Virus record (IMG/VR): IMGVR_UViG_3300039076_000082
Coordinates: 1-64,000 of that record
Source of the DNA: a virus
Lineage: Duplodnaviria > Caudoviricetes
Direction: 5' to 3' (one strand)
Length of the DNA: 64,000 nt
Part shown: piece after piece, positions 44,445 through 55,900 of the stretch
Position numbering within the stretch: position 1 is the stretch's first letter
Layout: each line of letters opens with the position of its first letter
Program-made: the position numbers and the translations under genes
Notes under the pieces: generated by a model
Told to the model about the DNA's origin: nothing
The model's database searches: none
Seen by the model: only the letters and a program-made list of their open reading frames with translations

Positions 44445-44782
44445 TAGAATTATCAGACTTATTATCTCGAATTGAAAAGAACAAGCAAAGGAAAGAAGTT
44501 GTCTTTAATTCATTCAGCTTCTTTCTAGAATCTTATAATATCCAAAACGGTCTTGACAAAGTTCCTACTTATCTGATATATTACCTATATAGAAAGTTTC
44601 TAAGTAATAATTTAGAAATATTCCCTATAAAAAAGCGACAATTTTTTAAACAATTTAAACAACTCTTTAAGTTAAAGAGATACGGTAAACAAAGATACTA
44701 CTTACTAGATAAAAAAGTGCTAAAGTTTACTGAAGATGACTTGATTAATAGCAGGATATATGAAAAGAAAAAGAAAGTATGA
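44441..44782 (+). CDS. Stand-alone winged-helix-like domain resembling the D5 primase-helicase C-terminus
   Basis: V...LIY..Y..F.......K..F...F......R......YY pattern. Confidence 0.45.
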   Translation: MIELSDLLSRIEKNKQRKEVVFNSFSFFLESYNIQNGLDKVPTYLIYYLYRKFLSNNLEIFPIKKRQFFKQFKQLFKLKRYGKQRYYLLDKKVLKFTEDDLINSRIYEKKKKV

Positions 44783-45281
44783 AAGGGAAATTAGTAGCGT
44801 AGACTATATTGAAGGCGTAAAAGGCTGTGATGGTAGTTTAGCTATTAGACCTTTAAACCAAGAAGAGTTGGAGTTTTTAAAGAAGTTTAACGACGAATAT
44901 GTTGGCGGTAACTTCCAAAAAACTGACAATCTCCATGATTCTTTGATTGAAAAAAACACTGACAAGACTACAGAAATTAAGAACAATATTCAACAACTAA
45001 AATTACAATTAAAAGAACTATCATCTTCGTTTAAAAAGACTTGGAAGAAGACTCAGAAGATTATCCATTCAGATAAAAGAAATGCCTTAAAAGAACAAAT
45101 AGAAGCTTTAAAAGAGGAGCTATTGAAGTATGATGTTAAGGGTAATATTTGGAAAGATCGTTATGCTAAACGTATGGATATGTACCATAGTGAAGTCATG
45201 AACGTAAGTGATTTCTTCTCTGATGAAGAATTTAAGTCTGAGTCAGAAATGTTCGATGCTATTCTTAGCCGACAAATTTAA
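44760..45281 (+). CDS. Hypothetical protein with central coiled coil
   Basis: 173 aa; last + strand gene, end overlaps the convergent gene. Confidence 0.7.
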   Translation: MKRKRKYEREISSVDYIEGVKGCDGSLAIRPLNQEELEFLKKFNDEYVGGNFQKTDNLHDSLIEKNTDKTTEIKNNIQQLKLQLKELSSSFKKTWKKTQKIIHSDKRNALKEQIEALKEELLKYDVKGNIWKDRYAKRMDMYHSEVMNVSDFFSDEEFKSESEMFDAILSRQI

Positions 45282-45639
45282 AGTAAATACCTACTGCTAC
45301 TGAAATAGCGGTCAATACCCCACCAATAATAGTAATATTTTGTTGTAAGTATGCTCTAAACTTAGTCCCATTAGTTTCGTTTAACTGTTTAGCTTTTCTC
45401 TCTAACAGTACTTCTTTGATTTGTGGTAGATCGTCTTTGCAGAATATTTGAAATGCTTGTAATGCTGGCATAATTTCAATAATAACTTTATCATCACCGC
45501 CAACGTGCTTTACTACTTCTTGAGTATAAATCTTAACTTCAGCTCTCAACTCAGTCAAGTTATCTCTGATAACATCAACTTTATCATCCAATCTCTCAAC
45601 TCTAGCTTCTAACTTATCAAACTGCTTTTCCATACTCAT
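45265..45639 (-). CDS. Coiled-coil protein with C-terminal TM (holin/XhlA-like candidate)
   Basis: Heptads then IIGGVLTAISVAVGIYF; end of the late operon. Confidence 0.55.
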   Translation of the reverse strand: MSMEKQFDKLEARVERLDDKVDVIRDNLTELRAEVKIYTQEVVKHVGGDDKVIIEIMPALQAFQIFCKDDLPQIKEVLLERKAKQLNETNGTKFRAYLQQNITIIGGVLTAISVAVGIYFKFVG

Positions 45640-45658
45640 GAAAACTAACCTCTAAATA

Positions 45659-47590
45659 TTAATTTTGATTGTCCTGTTCTGTCTTATTAACCATTTCTCT
45701 AAATGCCGGCTGTTGTGAAATTGACCACAATAACCTATCTCTTTTTGGAGATTGTAATATTTTATCTAATTTATCAGCAAATTCTGTTGCTCCCGGACTA
45801 CCAGAAGTTCTTAGCTTATTGGCAACATTACTAATTGCTGTATCTTCCATCTTAATTAAACGCTTGGTGAAATCACCTACTGGTTTTACTAGATTTTCTG
45901 CTTTATTGGTAACATTTCCTAATGCCGCACCAGTTCTAACACTCATAGAAGAAGGGTTAACAAATCCCCCTAAAATAGAACCTTCACCTTCAAGAGCTTT
46001 AGACAATCCAAGTCTAGTATTTAACTCAGAAGCTTTTTGTCCTAATTCTGGACTAATTTCTGTTCCGTAACCCATAGCTCTCTGTAGAGATTCTTCTTTT
46101 AAGTTGTCAGCATTCATTAACTTTTGTGCTAATGGAATATCTAAATCTTGTGCAAATCTATTATCAGGAGATAATTCAGATAAAATATCACCAGCTCTAT
46201 AAGTTGAGCTAATCTCTTTATTACCAGCTTCGTACAATGCTCTAGCTTCTGGACTCATATTTGAAGTAATAGCAGTATCGACCTCTTCAACTAGTTTAGA
46301 AACAATTCCCTTAGATTTAGAATCAATATTAGCATTATTAAGAATATTTTTTAATTCTTTTTTGACGTTATTCAAATCAGATAAACTCATTGTTTTATAT
46401 GATTCTACTTGCTCTTTAATTATTCTATCTTCCGGTATATCTACTTGTCTAACTTTAGGAATAGTTTGTCCCAATTCATCCGTAGTTGTTTGAAGTGATT
46501 GAATAAGGTTTGAATTTTCTACCACTTTAGGATTAGTAAACTTTGTAGATTGTCCGAGAGCTTGCGCTTCAGCTTGAGCCTTATTGATAATTCCTTGCAT
46601 TTTATCCATTGCTCGGTAAATGCCCGGTTCAACTTTTTCATTTACTGCTATATCTTTATATAAATCCAATTCTTTTTGAATTTTAGCTAAATCATCAGGT
46701 AGCATTGAAGAACTCTTCAGAGTGTCTTCTAAATTCTTAAGTTGATTAGAAAAGTCTACAGAAGTATCGCCACTACTCAAAGCCTGTCCTACTTTTTCGC
46801 TACCTTTTTTATATTGACTTCTAAAGCTATTTAATAACTCCTCAGACGTTTTTAATGCATCAGACTGAAGTTGTTTATTAGCTTTCTCTCCTACTACAGG
46901 GATACCTTTTTCGGCAACTCTAAACGCATCAAATCCCTTTTTAACAAATTTAGGAGCCATATCTAAAGTACTTTCAGCAGCTCCTTTAGCTAGCTTCGCA
47001 CCACCTTTAGCTACAGTTGGTAACGTAGCTCCAGCTACTCCTCCAACAAGTCCACCTAAACCGATATCTTTTCCTACTTCTTGTAGAGTTTCAACGCTAG
47101 GTTGTGTCAAATCTTCTTGAGATTCACCAAATCCAGTTAATCCACCTTGAATAGCTCCAGCTTTACCTAGTTGTAGAGCTGACGTTAGTGCTGGAACTTT
47201 CCCAATATTACTAACTGCGCCTATGCCTCCAGTAGCGAAACCGGGTAAAATAGCTCCACCAATTTCTGCCATAGTAGTAGAAGTTGGATATTGCTCTTTA
47301 CCTTCTTTCAAAGTTTGACGCTCTTGTTTTACTTTTTCTCTATATGTATCAAGTAAGTCCGCAAACTTCTTATCACCAAATGCAGTATCGTATAAAGCCT
47401 TAGCTCCAGCAGTAGCCTCATCCGATAGTCCAAAAGACGCACCAGAGAGCATTGCTTTACGATTAGCTTCCATAGCACCAACATCAGCTTTACCAAATAC
47501 GTCAGCATCAGGAGAAACAGGCTCCCAATCATCTGAACCTTGATCTGCTACAGGGACTTCTTGCCAATCGTCTTTATTATTGTCTACCAT
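45659..47590 (-). CDS. Internal virion/DNA ejection protein
   Basis: DDW repeats, GASFGLSDE..AG motif, Gly/Ala-rich amphipathic helices. Confidence 0.7.
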   Translation of the reverse strand: MVDNNKDDWQEVPVADQGSDDWEPVSPDADVFGKADVGAMEANRKAMLSGASFGLSDEATAGAKALYDTAFGDKKFADLLDTYREKVKQERQTLKEGKEQYPTSTTMAEIGGAILPGFATGGIGAVSNIGKVPALTSALQLGKAGAIQGGLTGFGESQEDLTQPSVETLQEVGKDIGLGGLVGGVAGATLPTVAKGGAKLAKGAAESTLDMAPKFVKKGFDAFRVAEKGIPVVGEKANKQLQSDALKTSEELLNSFRSQYKKGSEKVGQALSSGDTSVDFSNQLKNLEDTLKSSSMLPDDLAKIQKELDLYKDIAVNEKVEPGIYRAMDKMQGIINKAQAEAQALGQSTKFTNPKVVENSNLIQSLQTTTDELGQTIPKVRQVDIPEDRIIKEQVESYKTMSLSDLNNVKKELKNILNNANIDSKSKGIVSKLVEEVDTAITSNMSPEARALYEAGNKEISSTYRAGDILSELSPDNRFAQDLDIPLAQKLMNADNLKEESLQRAMGYGTEISPELGQKASELNTRLGLSKALEGEGSILGGFVNPSSMSVRTGAALGNVTNKAENLVKPVGDFTKRLIKMEDTAISNVANKLRTSGSPGATEFADKLDKILQSPKRDRLLWSISQQPAFREMVNKTEQDNQN

Positions 47591-48824
47591 TTAAAATTTC
47601 CTGTGTTCCATCAGAATAAGTAACTCTTGTTTGGTTTCTACTAGGAGAATATTCTTTAGATTTAATAGCTTTATTTGCTTTTTCCATGGGAGCTTGATTA
47701 GCTTTATAACCAGCTAAAGTTCCTCCGCTTTGTTCAAAATAATTAGCTTTTTGCGACTTATCTACAGCTTTATTTTCAAGATCGTTTACAAGTCTATCTA
47801 GACGAGCTAAGTTATTTTCGGTAGAATCACCTTCATTCCAAGTATTTTGAATGATTCTCTTACCTTCGTTTTCAGTAAACTGAGCACCTAAAATAGCTCT
47901 CAAACTATTCATTACAGTAGACTCAACATCAGCTCTAGCTCCAAGAACTTCTTTAGAGGTTATACGATCTGGAAATAGACCAGTTAACCCACCAGTAGAT
48001 AGTTCTTTGTTTCTAAGCTTATCAGCAACACTTCTTAGTTTACTTATCTCACTTTGAGCTATTTTCTGTCCACCAGAAGTCCAATCTTGGTATTCTTTAG
48101 CTACTTGCTTATCTAGTTCTCGTTGACCTGCTGATTGTTTTTCTTTAGTATCTTTACCTAATTTTAACATCTCTAGCTGAAGCATTTTATTTTTGTAATC
48201 TCTTTCAAAAGACCTATCTTGAGCTTGAAGTTTACGATTTTCTGCATCAATCTTAGCCTTTTCTTTATCGCTCATAAGCTGATATTGTTCCATAAGTGAA
48301 GCTAGTTTTTCTTTGTTATTACTAGAAACAGCTTGTGCTTGTTCAGATGCGAACTGAGCGGCTGGCATTTTAATATTAGTTGTACCGGCTCTATTAGCTA
48401 GACCTTCTCCTACTTGAGAAAAAGACTTCATTAATTGATTAGTTAATTCAGTTTGTGCATCTTTATTCCTAGCCTGATCTAAATCTGCTTTATTCTCCAT
48501 ACGAGCATTTTTAAGTTCTTCAGCTAGCTTGTCTCTAAAGTCAGGTTGAGTATCTGTACTCGGACGAACTGATGGAGCTTTTAAATTACTTATAGATTTT
48601 AAGATTTGCTGATACTTACTTACCGGACTTTCTTCAACAGGAGGTGTTTGTTGTTGAGGAGGAGTTACTACTTGAGCAACAGGTTCTTCTATTTGTTGGA
48701 CCTGCTGAGGGTTTAGTAAACCTTCTAATTGTGGAATTTCCGATTGAGGAGCTAAAGGAATTTGTTGTTCTTCTGGGAATGTAAATCCCATCAAATCTTT
48801 TAGTTTTTTATCTAAAGGGTTCAT
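47577..48824 (-). CDS. Internal virion/DNA ejection protein
   Basis: Q/P-rich N-terminus, long helices; ATG 48824 overlaps the upstream TAA. Confidence 0.65.
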   Translation of the reverse strand: MNPLDKKLKDLMGFTFPEEQQIPLAPQSEIPQLEGLLNPQQVQQIEEPVAQVVTPPQQQTPPVEESPVSKYQQILKSISNLKAPSVRPSTDTQPDFRDKLAEELKNARMENKADLDQARNKDAQTELTNQLMKSFSQVGEGLANRAGTTNIKMPAAQFASEQAQAVSSNNKEKLASLMEQYQLMSDKEKAKIDAENRKLQAQDRSFERDYKNKMLQLEMLKLGKDTKEKQSAGQRELDKQVAKEYQDWTSGGQKIAQSEISKLRSVADKLRNKELSTGGLTGLFPDRITSKEVLGARADVESTVMNSLRAILGAQFTENEGKRIIQNTWNEGDSTENNLARLDRLVNDLENKAVDKSQKANYFEQSGGTLAGYKANQAPMEKANKAIKSKEYSPSRNQTRVTYSDGTQEILNGRQ

Positions 48825-49819
48825 TATACTTCCCAAGAGTAAGAATTATTATTAGTTTTCTTTTTATTAGCGTTAGGGTCTTGTTGGTTATTGTAATAAT
48901 TACCTAATGCGCCAGCAGCATTTCCGACACCAGAAGCTATTTGACTATACATATTAGCCTTTCCTGCACCTGCTGTCAAGGCATTTTGTGCTTGATTACT
49001 AGCATAATTTGTATTCATACCAGCTTGAGCCGTTGCTCTATTTAAGCGATTAGTATAATCTTGCTGTAATAATCCCTTGTTATACATTTGTTGTTCATTA
49101 GCATTACTAGATGTTTGATTAGCTAAATTTTGTCTACTTGTAGTATTATATTGGTTAGCTTGATTTCTAGTTGAAGCATTAAATCTTTGAATAGCGTCTT
49201 GAGCAGTAGCTACATCAGCGGCTCTATTATAGTCCAGATTTTCTAAATTACCTGCTTGACTAGCTAAAGCGTTCATAGCACTTAAACGGCTTGATTGAGC
49301 TTGTTTAGCAATGTTTCTAGCGGCATCTAATTGATTTTGATTAGCTTGTTGGTTTGATTGTAATTGAGACGCTAGTTGAGCACCTGAATCTAGTGTACCA
49401 CGTTGAGCCATTTCGGATAAAATAGAAGCTCTACGAGATTTCTCATCTTGAGTAGCTTTTTCTTCAGCTTCATCTAAAGCAATTCTATCAACTGTTCCCA
49501 AACCTGTTTGTGATAATCCTTCCAGTTGAGCTAATACGTCCATTTGTTTTTGACGTAATTGAGGATTAGTAGCAATCTCTTTTAAAGCTGTTTCACCTTG
49601 TAACTCCGCAACTAAATCTCCAACGTATTCAGGATTAGTCAAAGCAATTTCTTGAGCTTCTATTGAAGGAATACCAATAGACTCTAAAAGAGCTTTATTT
49701 CTTTGATAATTCTGTTCTTGAATAGCGGCAGATTGAGCCGAAGCTTTTTCGGCAGCTTTACCTGCTAAAACTCCACCAATAATATTTGCACCAGCACCAG
49801 CTAGTAATCCGGGAACCAT
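48824..49819 (-). CDS. Pilot/ejection protein (P22 gp7-like)
   Basis: G/A-rich hydrophobic termini, Q/A/N-rich core. Confidence 0.7.
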   Translation of the reverse strand: MVPGLLAGAGANIIGGVLAGKAAEKASAQSAAIQEQNYQRNKALLESIGIPSIEAQEIALTNPEYVGDLVAELQGETALKEIATNPQLRQKQMDVLAQLEGLSQTGLGTVDRIALDEAEEKATQDEKSRRASILSEMAQRGTLDSGAQLASQLQSNQQANQNQLDAARNIAKQAQSSRLSAMNALASQAGNLENLDYNRAADVATAQDAIQRFNASTRNQANQYNTTSRQNLANQTSSNANEQQMYNKGLLQQDYTNRLNRATAQAGMNTNYASNQAQNALTAGAGKANMYSQIASGVGNAAGALGNYYNNQQDPNANKKKTNNNSYSWEV

Positions 49820-49827
49820 CGTAACTC

Positions 49828-52458
49828 CTATAAGTTGGTTGTATCCAACATTCCTAATAATTTATATAATTCTAAATCTTGAGCGGTATTTTGATTTACA
49901 CCTAATTGATTTTTTAATCCGCTAGTATTAATTTTATTACCAATATTCTGTTGCAGTTTAGTCAATGCATCTTGATAAGCAGCAAAATCGGCTCTACCTT
50001 GTGCTTCAGCACTAGAACCTCCAACAAAATTACCAACTAAATTAGCTAGAGCTAACGGAGCTGTTACTGGGTTAGAGAACATAGCATAGTTTGTAGCGGC
50101 TTTTCCGACAGGACTAGATCCTAAAATATTTTGTAACATGCTAGTAGGTAATTCGGCAGTACCTTGAACTGTCCCTACTAAATCAGGATTAACGTATCCA
50201 GTACCAAAAGATTGTTGACCTTGTGCATTTTGTGCAACTTGTCTCAATAAATCTCGATTAACTCCTTCATCGGAGTACATATTTCTATAAGCATCATTTT
50301 CTGATAAAAGATCACCAAAGTTCTTTTCTAAAGTTTTCCAAGATTGTGCACGTTTTGTGCCAAATGCTCCACCCGAAGAACCTGTACCATATCCAGCACC
50401 AGTAATATTACTTGATGCAGCATCGGTCCTAAAACCTCTTTCTGCACCTTGAAGTTGATTTCTGAAGTTTTCCAAATCTAAAGCAGAAGTAGCGTCTTGA
50501 GTACCAGCCAAATCTCTATCAGTAAATTGATTTCTATAATCGATACCAGAACCAGTAGTCCCATATCCTTTAGCCAATTCAGCTATAGATTGCAAACGAG
50601 CTAATTGTGATTGTTCATCTTGTGAAATTAATCTATTTTTATCAGCAGTAGCAGTTTTAAGTAATCCTTCTACTCCTTGCTCTTTTAATAGATTATATAA
50701 TCCTTCTCCACCTTTAACACCCAAAGCCTCCGCTTCTAGTTGAGATAGTCCTAGATTAAAAGCATTTGGATCTATATCTTTTCCTGCTAAATAAGGTTCA
50801 GCCTTATTTATTACATCGGTAGCATTACCTACTGTATTTTTTAATCTTTCTCTTTCGTTTACTACACCACCAAGAGCATTCTGGATTTTCTGACCTAGTT
50901 CGTATTTTTCAGATGCACTCATATTCTGAAATGTTTGAATATTTAACGGAAGCATTACACCTCCAGTTGTAGGGACGCCGACACCTAAGGATGAAGCGGA
51001 ATCAAATATCTTTTGTAATACTTGAGGATCGAATTGCCCATAATCAGCACCACTATATTGAGGATGAAATTTAGTAGCTATTTCTGAAACATAAGATACT
51101 TCTTCAGGATTGATATTTCCAATTGTTTTATTTAGTTCTGCAATTCTATTAGATGCACTACTTAAATCTTGAGTAGCTTTGTCGTACCCTCCAGAATAAG
51201 TATTAGCTATTTCATTGAATTTTTTATTCAAATCAACTTTAACCCCATAAGAGTCCAATTCTTGCTGAAATCTATCTCTGAAATATTGTGGGTATTTTTC
51301 CCAATTAGAAACAACTTCATTAATTCTGTCATTGACTTCTTTACTACGAGTATTTGCTGTAGCATTTAACTCTTGACGAGCGGTATTCTTAATATTCTCC
51401 ATTTCCTTTGTTTGATTTTGTGCTAAAGTTCTAGCACCCTTACTAACATCAGAAAATTCATCAGCTACTTTACCAGTAGCACTTTGACCTAAGTTTTTAG
51501 CAGTATCGGTCAATATTTTATTGGCATTTCCTTGACCTAATAATAACTCATCTAGCAGTTTATTACCAGTATTATATTCGGTATTAGGAGTAGCAAATGT
51601 TCTATTTAATAGTTCAGTTTTAGGACCAGCAGATAAAGCTTGCTTTTGTAATCCAGATAAATCTTGATATTGGTTGTAGGCTTGATTATACCCACCAATC
51701 TCACTTAATTCGTTAGGACCTTGATAACTAGCATTTAAAATATCGGATAATCTTTGATTAGATACCGATAAAGGATTCTGTTGCCCATAAGAATAGTAAG
51801 TAGGATTAGAAGCATTATAAGTATCAATAGCGTTCTGAGCTTCAGCTTGCGTATTGTACTCTTTAGTTGATCCGTCTCCAAAATTAACTCTAGCTTTATT
51901 AGCATCAATTAGAGCTTGGTCCTCAACACTATATGCACCTTGATCGTTTTTAGTCGGAGCATACATTGTAGCTTGAATACCATTTTGAGCTTTAGTTGTA
52001 GCCTTACCCGAAGCAGCTTCATTATAGGCGGTTTTAGCTTGATTTAAAGCGTTTCCGTAATCTTCTAAGCTTCCGGCTTGGACACCTTGTTGAAATTGAT
52101 TTTGAACCCCTTGTAGGTTCTTTCTTGCAATATCGCTTGTAGTAGTTAAGGTATTGGAAACTCCTTTACCTAACTGCTCACTAGATTGTTTATTCTTATC
52201 TACATAAGTCTGAACATTAGTAAAGCTACCAGAAGAAGGAGCACTTGTTGTCTTTCTTGAGGTTTGAGAAGCGTATTTACCGTAAGGATTACCATCACTG
52301 ACATAAGATGAAGAGGACCCACCACCGGAAGTGGTAGGTTGAGAAGGGGCTTGTTGAGGGGTAGATTCAGATTGAGTTTGTCCTACATTCTGTCCAGAAA
52401 GTACGTCAGTAGTATTCACCTGAGAAGATGTATTTGGATCTTGTGCGATGTATGCCAT
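49828..52458 (-). CDS. Large internal virion/ejection protein
   Basis: 876 aa, S/T/Q/N/G-rich, position downstream of tail genes. Confidence 0.6.
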   Translation of the reverse strand: MAYIAQDPNTSSQVNTTDVLSGQNVGQTQSESTPQQAPSQPTTSGGGSSSSYVSDGNPYGKYASQTSRKTTSAPSSGSFTNVQTYVDKNKQSSEQLGKGVSNTLTTTSDIARKNLQGVQNQFQQGVQAGSLEDYGNALNQAKTAYNEAASGKATTKAQNGIQATMYAPTKNDQGAYSVEDQALIDANKARVNFGDGSTKEYNTQAEAQNAIDTYNASNPTYYSYGQQNPLSVSNQRLSDILNASYQGPNELSEIGGYNQAYNQYQDLSGLQKQALSAGPKTELLNRTFATPNTEYNTGNKLLDELLLGQGNANKILTDTAKNLGQSATGKVADEFSDVSKGARTLAQNQTKEMENIKNTARQELNATANTRSKEVNDRINEVVSNWEKYPQYFRDRFQQELDSYGVKVDLNKKFNEIANTYSGGYDKATQDLSSASNRIAELNKTIGNINPEEVSYVSEIATKFHPQYSGADYGQFDPQVLQKIFDSASSLGVGVPTTGGVMLPLNIQTFQNMSASEKYELGQKIQNALGGVVNERERLKNTVGNATDVINKAEPYLAGKDIDPNAFNLGLSQLEAEALGVKGGEGLYNLLKEQGVEGLLKTATADKNRLISQDEQSQLARLQSIAELAKGYGTTGSGIDYRNQFTDRDLAGTQDATSALDLENFRNQLQGAERGFRTDAASSNITGAGYGTGSSGGAFGTKRAQSWKTLEKNFGDLLSENDAYRNMYSDEGVNRDLLRQVAQNAQGQQSFGTGYVNPDLVGTVQGTAELPTSMLQNILGSSPVGKAATNYAMFSNPVTAPLALANLVGNFVGGSSAEAQGRADFAAYQDALTKLQQNIGNKINTSGLKNQLGVNQNTAQDLELYKLLGMLDTTNL

Positions 52459-52500
52459 TTTTTAGGATATTCCTCTATATATTATAGGTTAATTTTTTAT

Positions 52501-52914
52501 TTACAAAAACCACACAGTTAGAGTTAAATTTGCATTACCACCAATATTCAATACCTTAGAAACTCGAATAATTCCGTCACTTAACGGTGTATAAATTAAA
52601 AAGGGAGTTCCTGTAATATTAGGAATAGCACTACTATTATTAGTATCCCTTACATCAATAACAATAAAACCATTAGGGAATCTACCCATATTTGGATTTA
52701 TGTCAATAGGAGCTTTCAAATTACCGTTTATATCAGTTTTAACTACAATCTTAGTTAATCCCGATGCTAAATTATCAAACGTAATACCGCCGTTCAATAT
52801 GTCAACAGTTCCAGCCATAAACGGATTGAGAATACGAGCTAACATGCTCATAGTCTCTTGCTGTTCAGCAGGTATTCCATCTAATTCAATTCTTTTAGGT
52901 AAAGGTAATCTCAT
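52501..52914 (-). CDS. Small tail-associated protein
   Basis: Directly after the nozzle; GRFPNGFIVI beta pattern. Confidence 0.5.
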   Translation of the reverse strand: MRLPLPKRIELDGIPAEQQETMSMLARILNPFMAGTVDILNGGITFDNLASGLTKIVVKTDINGNLKAPIDINPNMGRFPNGFIVIDVRDTNNSSAIPNITGTPFLIYTPLSDGIIRVSKVLNIGGNANLTLTVWFL

Positions 52915-52922
52915 ATAATATC

Positions 52923-55900
52923 CTATTTGTAAGCTTTAGCTGAGAACTGTCTTACATTGTGAGCTACACCAACAATTCTAAATACTCTTCTAGCTGTTGA
53001 ATGGGTAATTCTTACTGTTATATAACGACAACGCTGTTTATTTCGAGGAATAATAACTCTTCTAGGAGAATCTGAACCGTCTCCTCCCCAATAGTTTACG
53101 TTTTCAAATCCCCAAGTAGAAGAACCCCAAAAACCATCACCCTTCCCAAAGAACTCACTCCCTTCAAATGAAGGAGATAAGTCAGTTTTATATTCTAGTA
53201 ACATCTTGAAAAAGTTGTTCTGGTCAAAAAGTAAATACCCTTGATTGATTTGCTTAAACGAACTAGCATCTCCGAAAGAAATAGGATTAGTTTGAATTAT
53301 TGATTTAATTCTCTTATATACTCGTAAATTACCAATAACAAATTCAGTATCATCAAATAACTTGACTTCGCTAGTTATTGGATAAACTTCAATAACAACA
53401 TGCTCATATTCAATAGTACCTTCAGAGTACTTATAATCCTTAAATGCGGTTACAGTAGTCAACATATTCAATTGGTCAATCAAGTCATTATATTGAACTT
53501 GCATATCTACCCAATCAGAATTATTGTAGACATGGGAAGTAATATTTCCACTAGTATCCAACTCAACTAATTTATCGTTAACTGCTGTCAATAACGGTGC
53601 TAAACTTTGACCAGTAACGCAATTATAATCATTGTAGAAACTAGTAAAATTTAATCCTGTATCAATATCTAATTTCTTTAGAAATCTATTATACTCATCA
53701 ATATTTACATATTGTATTTGAGAAATAACATCACCTACTTCAATTTCAGTAATATCCGATACGCGATATCTATTATAGTTAAAAGCATCTAGACCTAATT
53801 CAATATCAAAGTTCTTATCTGAAAAATCAGTTCTGTCTAAGTTCTTTCTTTCTTGCATTACGATAGGTCTATCACCATCTCCGATATACATTAAAGACGA
53901 TCCAGTGTCAATGACCATTCCGCAAGTAGCGGTTTTAGTCCACCTTGTCCACATTCTTTCTAAAATATTATATCTATATGCTTCGGTACAAACTTCCACT
54001 TTAGAGCTTTCAGGGAGCCATAGTAAATAAGCCCTATCATCAGTATAAGATACTCCGAATCCTTGTCTTCTAACTAAACTTCTATATTTATTAGAAACTT
54101 GGAATTTATCTTCAATCATGCGAGAAATAATCATTGGAGTAGATTCATTAGCGGAGATAACTCCGTTATTAGCTAACATATAAATCTGATTATTAAGTAC
54201 TACTGCTGAATCTGGACATAGAATCTTTTCAGTATCTAGCATTTCTACAGAAAATGAAGCATTTCTTCCAGAGAGAATATATATTCCATCAGTCTTTAAG
54301 ATAAACAAATAATCTTTCAAAGCTAAGATTCTTTCTATAGCTTCATCCTTTGTCCCTACATCGATATAGTTGATTCTAGGAACCGCTTCTGGTTGACTCA
54401 GTTTAGAAAAATATATACGATTAGGTGTAGTTAAGTTATCAGAAGATTCAAAAGGGAAGAAAAAATAAGTATTAGTATTAGCTACCGAAGAAGTAGCTAC
54501 GCTTATTCTGAAAGTATTAGCATCAATTAAGTTAATTTTAAATACATTTTCTACCGAAGGAGTAGCGTCAGATAGACCAATAAATACCTCTTCATTATTG
54601 CTAAATCCATGGGTTGTATAGCCAATTTCTACAGTATTAGCATCAATTCTAGTTACACTATCAAAAGCATTACTAGTAACTGTTGGTAGTTCTGGATTAA
54701 AGTTATCGCTCGGGATACCATCAACTACTGAATAAAACTTTTCACTAGAAGAATATCTAGCCTTTAAGATATATTTACCCGGTAAATCGTTTACACCAGA
54801 TAGATAATATCCATTAGTATGACCATTTGGATCAGCGTTAATTACATTAATTAGCGATCTTATAGTTCTTTCAATTTTCAATCCAACTGAAGCAGATTTT
54901 GAAATAAGAGCTATACCGTTAATAAGGTCCTCTCCTAAGCCACTTTCAGTTCTAGTTAAAGTCCATCCTGCTCCAAAATCAGTCGCTATACCATTAGGAG
55001 TAGAAGCTGGAGTATTTGGTCCATTTTCAGAGTTATCAATTACGTTTACTACTACATCGAAATCATTCAATAAAGCAATAGCTGAGAAGAATTTGTCTCC
55101 ATAGTTTAAATCTGAAGGCTCAATTTGTACTTTTACAGGTATAAATCCGATATCAGTAGGAGTAGTAGCTGTCCCATCATCAAAATAAACTACATATTTA
55201 GTTTCATCATTAGCTGAGTATAAACGTAACTTAGCGTCAGGCTCACTGAGACTATGAATTTTAGGATAAGAACCAACAACAATAGTTTCTTTAGAAGAAG
55301 TCCCCCTAAAGCCATAGCTATTGACTACGGAACTACCTTGTTTGTAAATGTTATATTTTGAAGAACTATCGATCCCATCAATAGATACTGCTGTAACTGT
55401 TTGTTGATGATTTATTTTAGTATTTCCGTAAAACGTATAACCTTGATAGTTACAAATATCTTTAGCTACAGGTGGGATATCGTTAGACTGAAGAATACCT
55501 TCTCCTGAGATAGGATTGTTGTATAAAGCTTCTCCGGAGTTTCTAAATGTTTCATTTGTAATATCGGTTACTGTAATTTTTGTACCCGGTGCAACAGTAA
55601 CAGGACCTTCGTAAACCAAATTACACTCTTCACCCGGATCAATATCAGCTAATGTTAACCCTTCAGTAACAGTAATTGTAGGCGTTCTATAAATTCTGTA
55701 AAAGAATGTGCTATCTATTCCGTTAGGAACAGTAAACGTAACGTCAACATTTGCGTTTTGTCCTTCAGTAACTTCACCTTGATTAAGTACAGTTACTTCC
55801 ATTGTAGAAGTTGACAAATCGCCTTGCTCAACGTCTTCAATATTACCACCAGTAATATCAGTTAAAGATATAATAGGATTTGCACCAGAAGTATTAAGTT

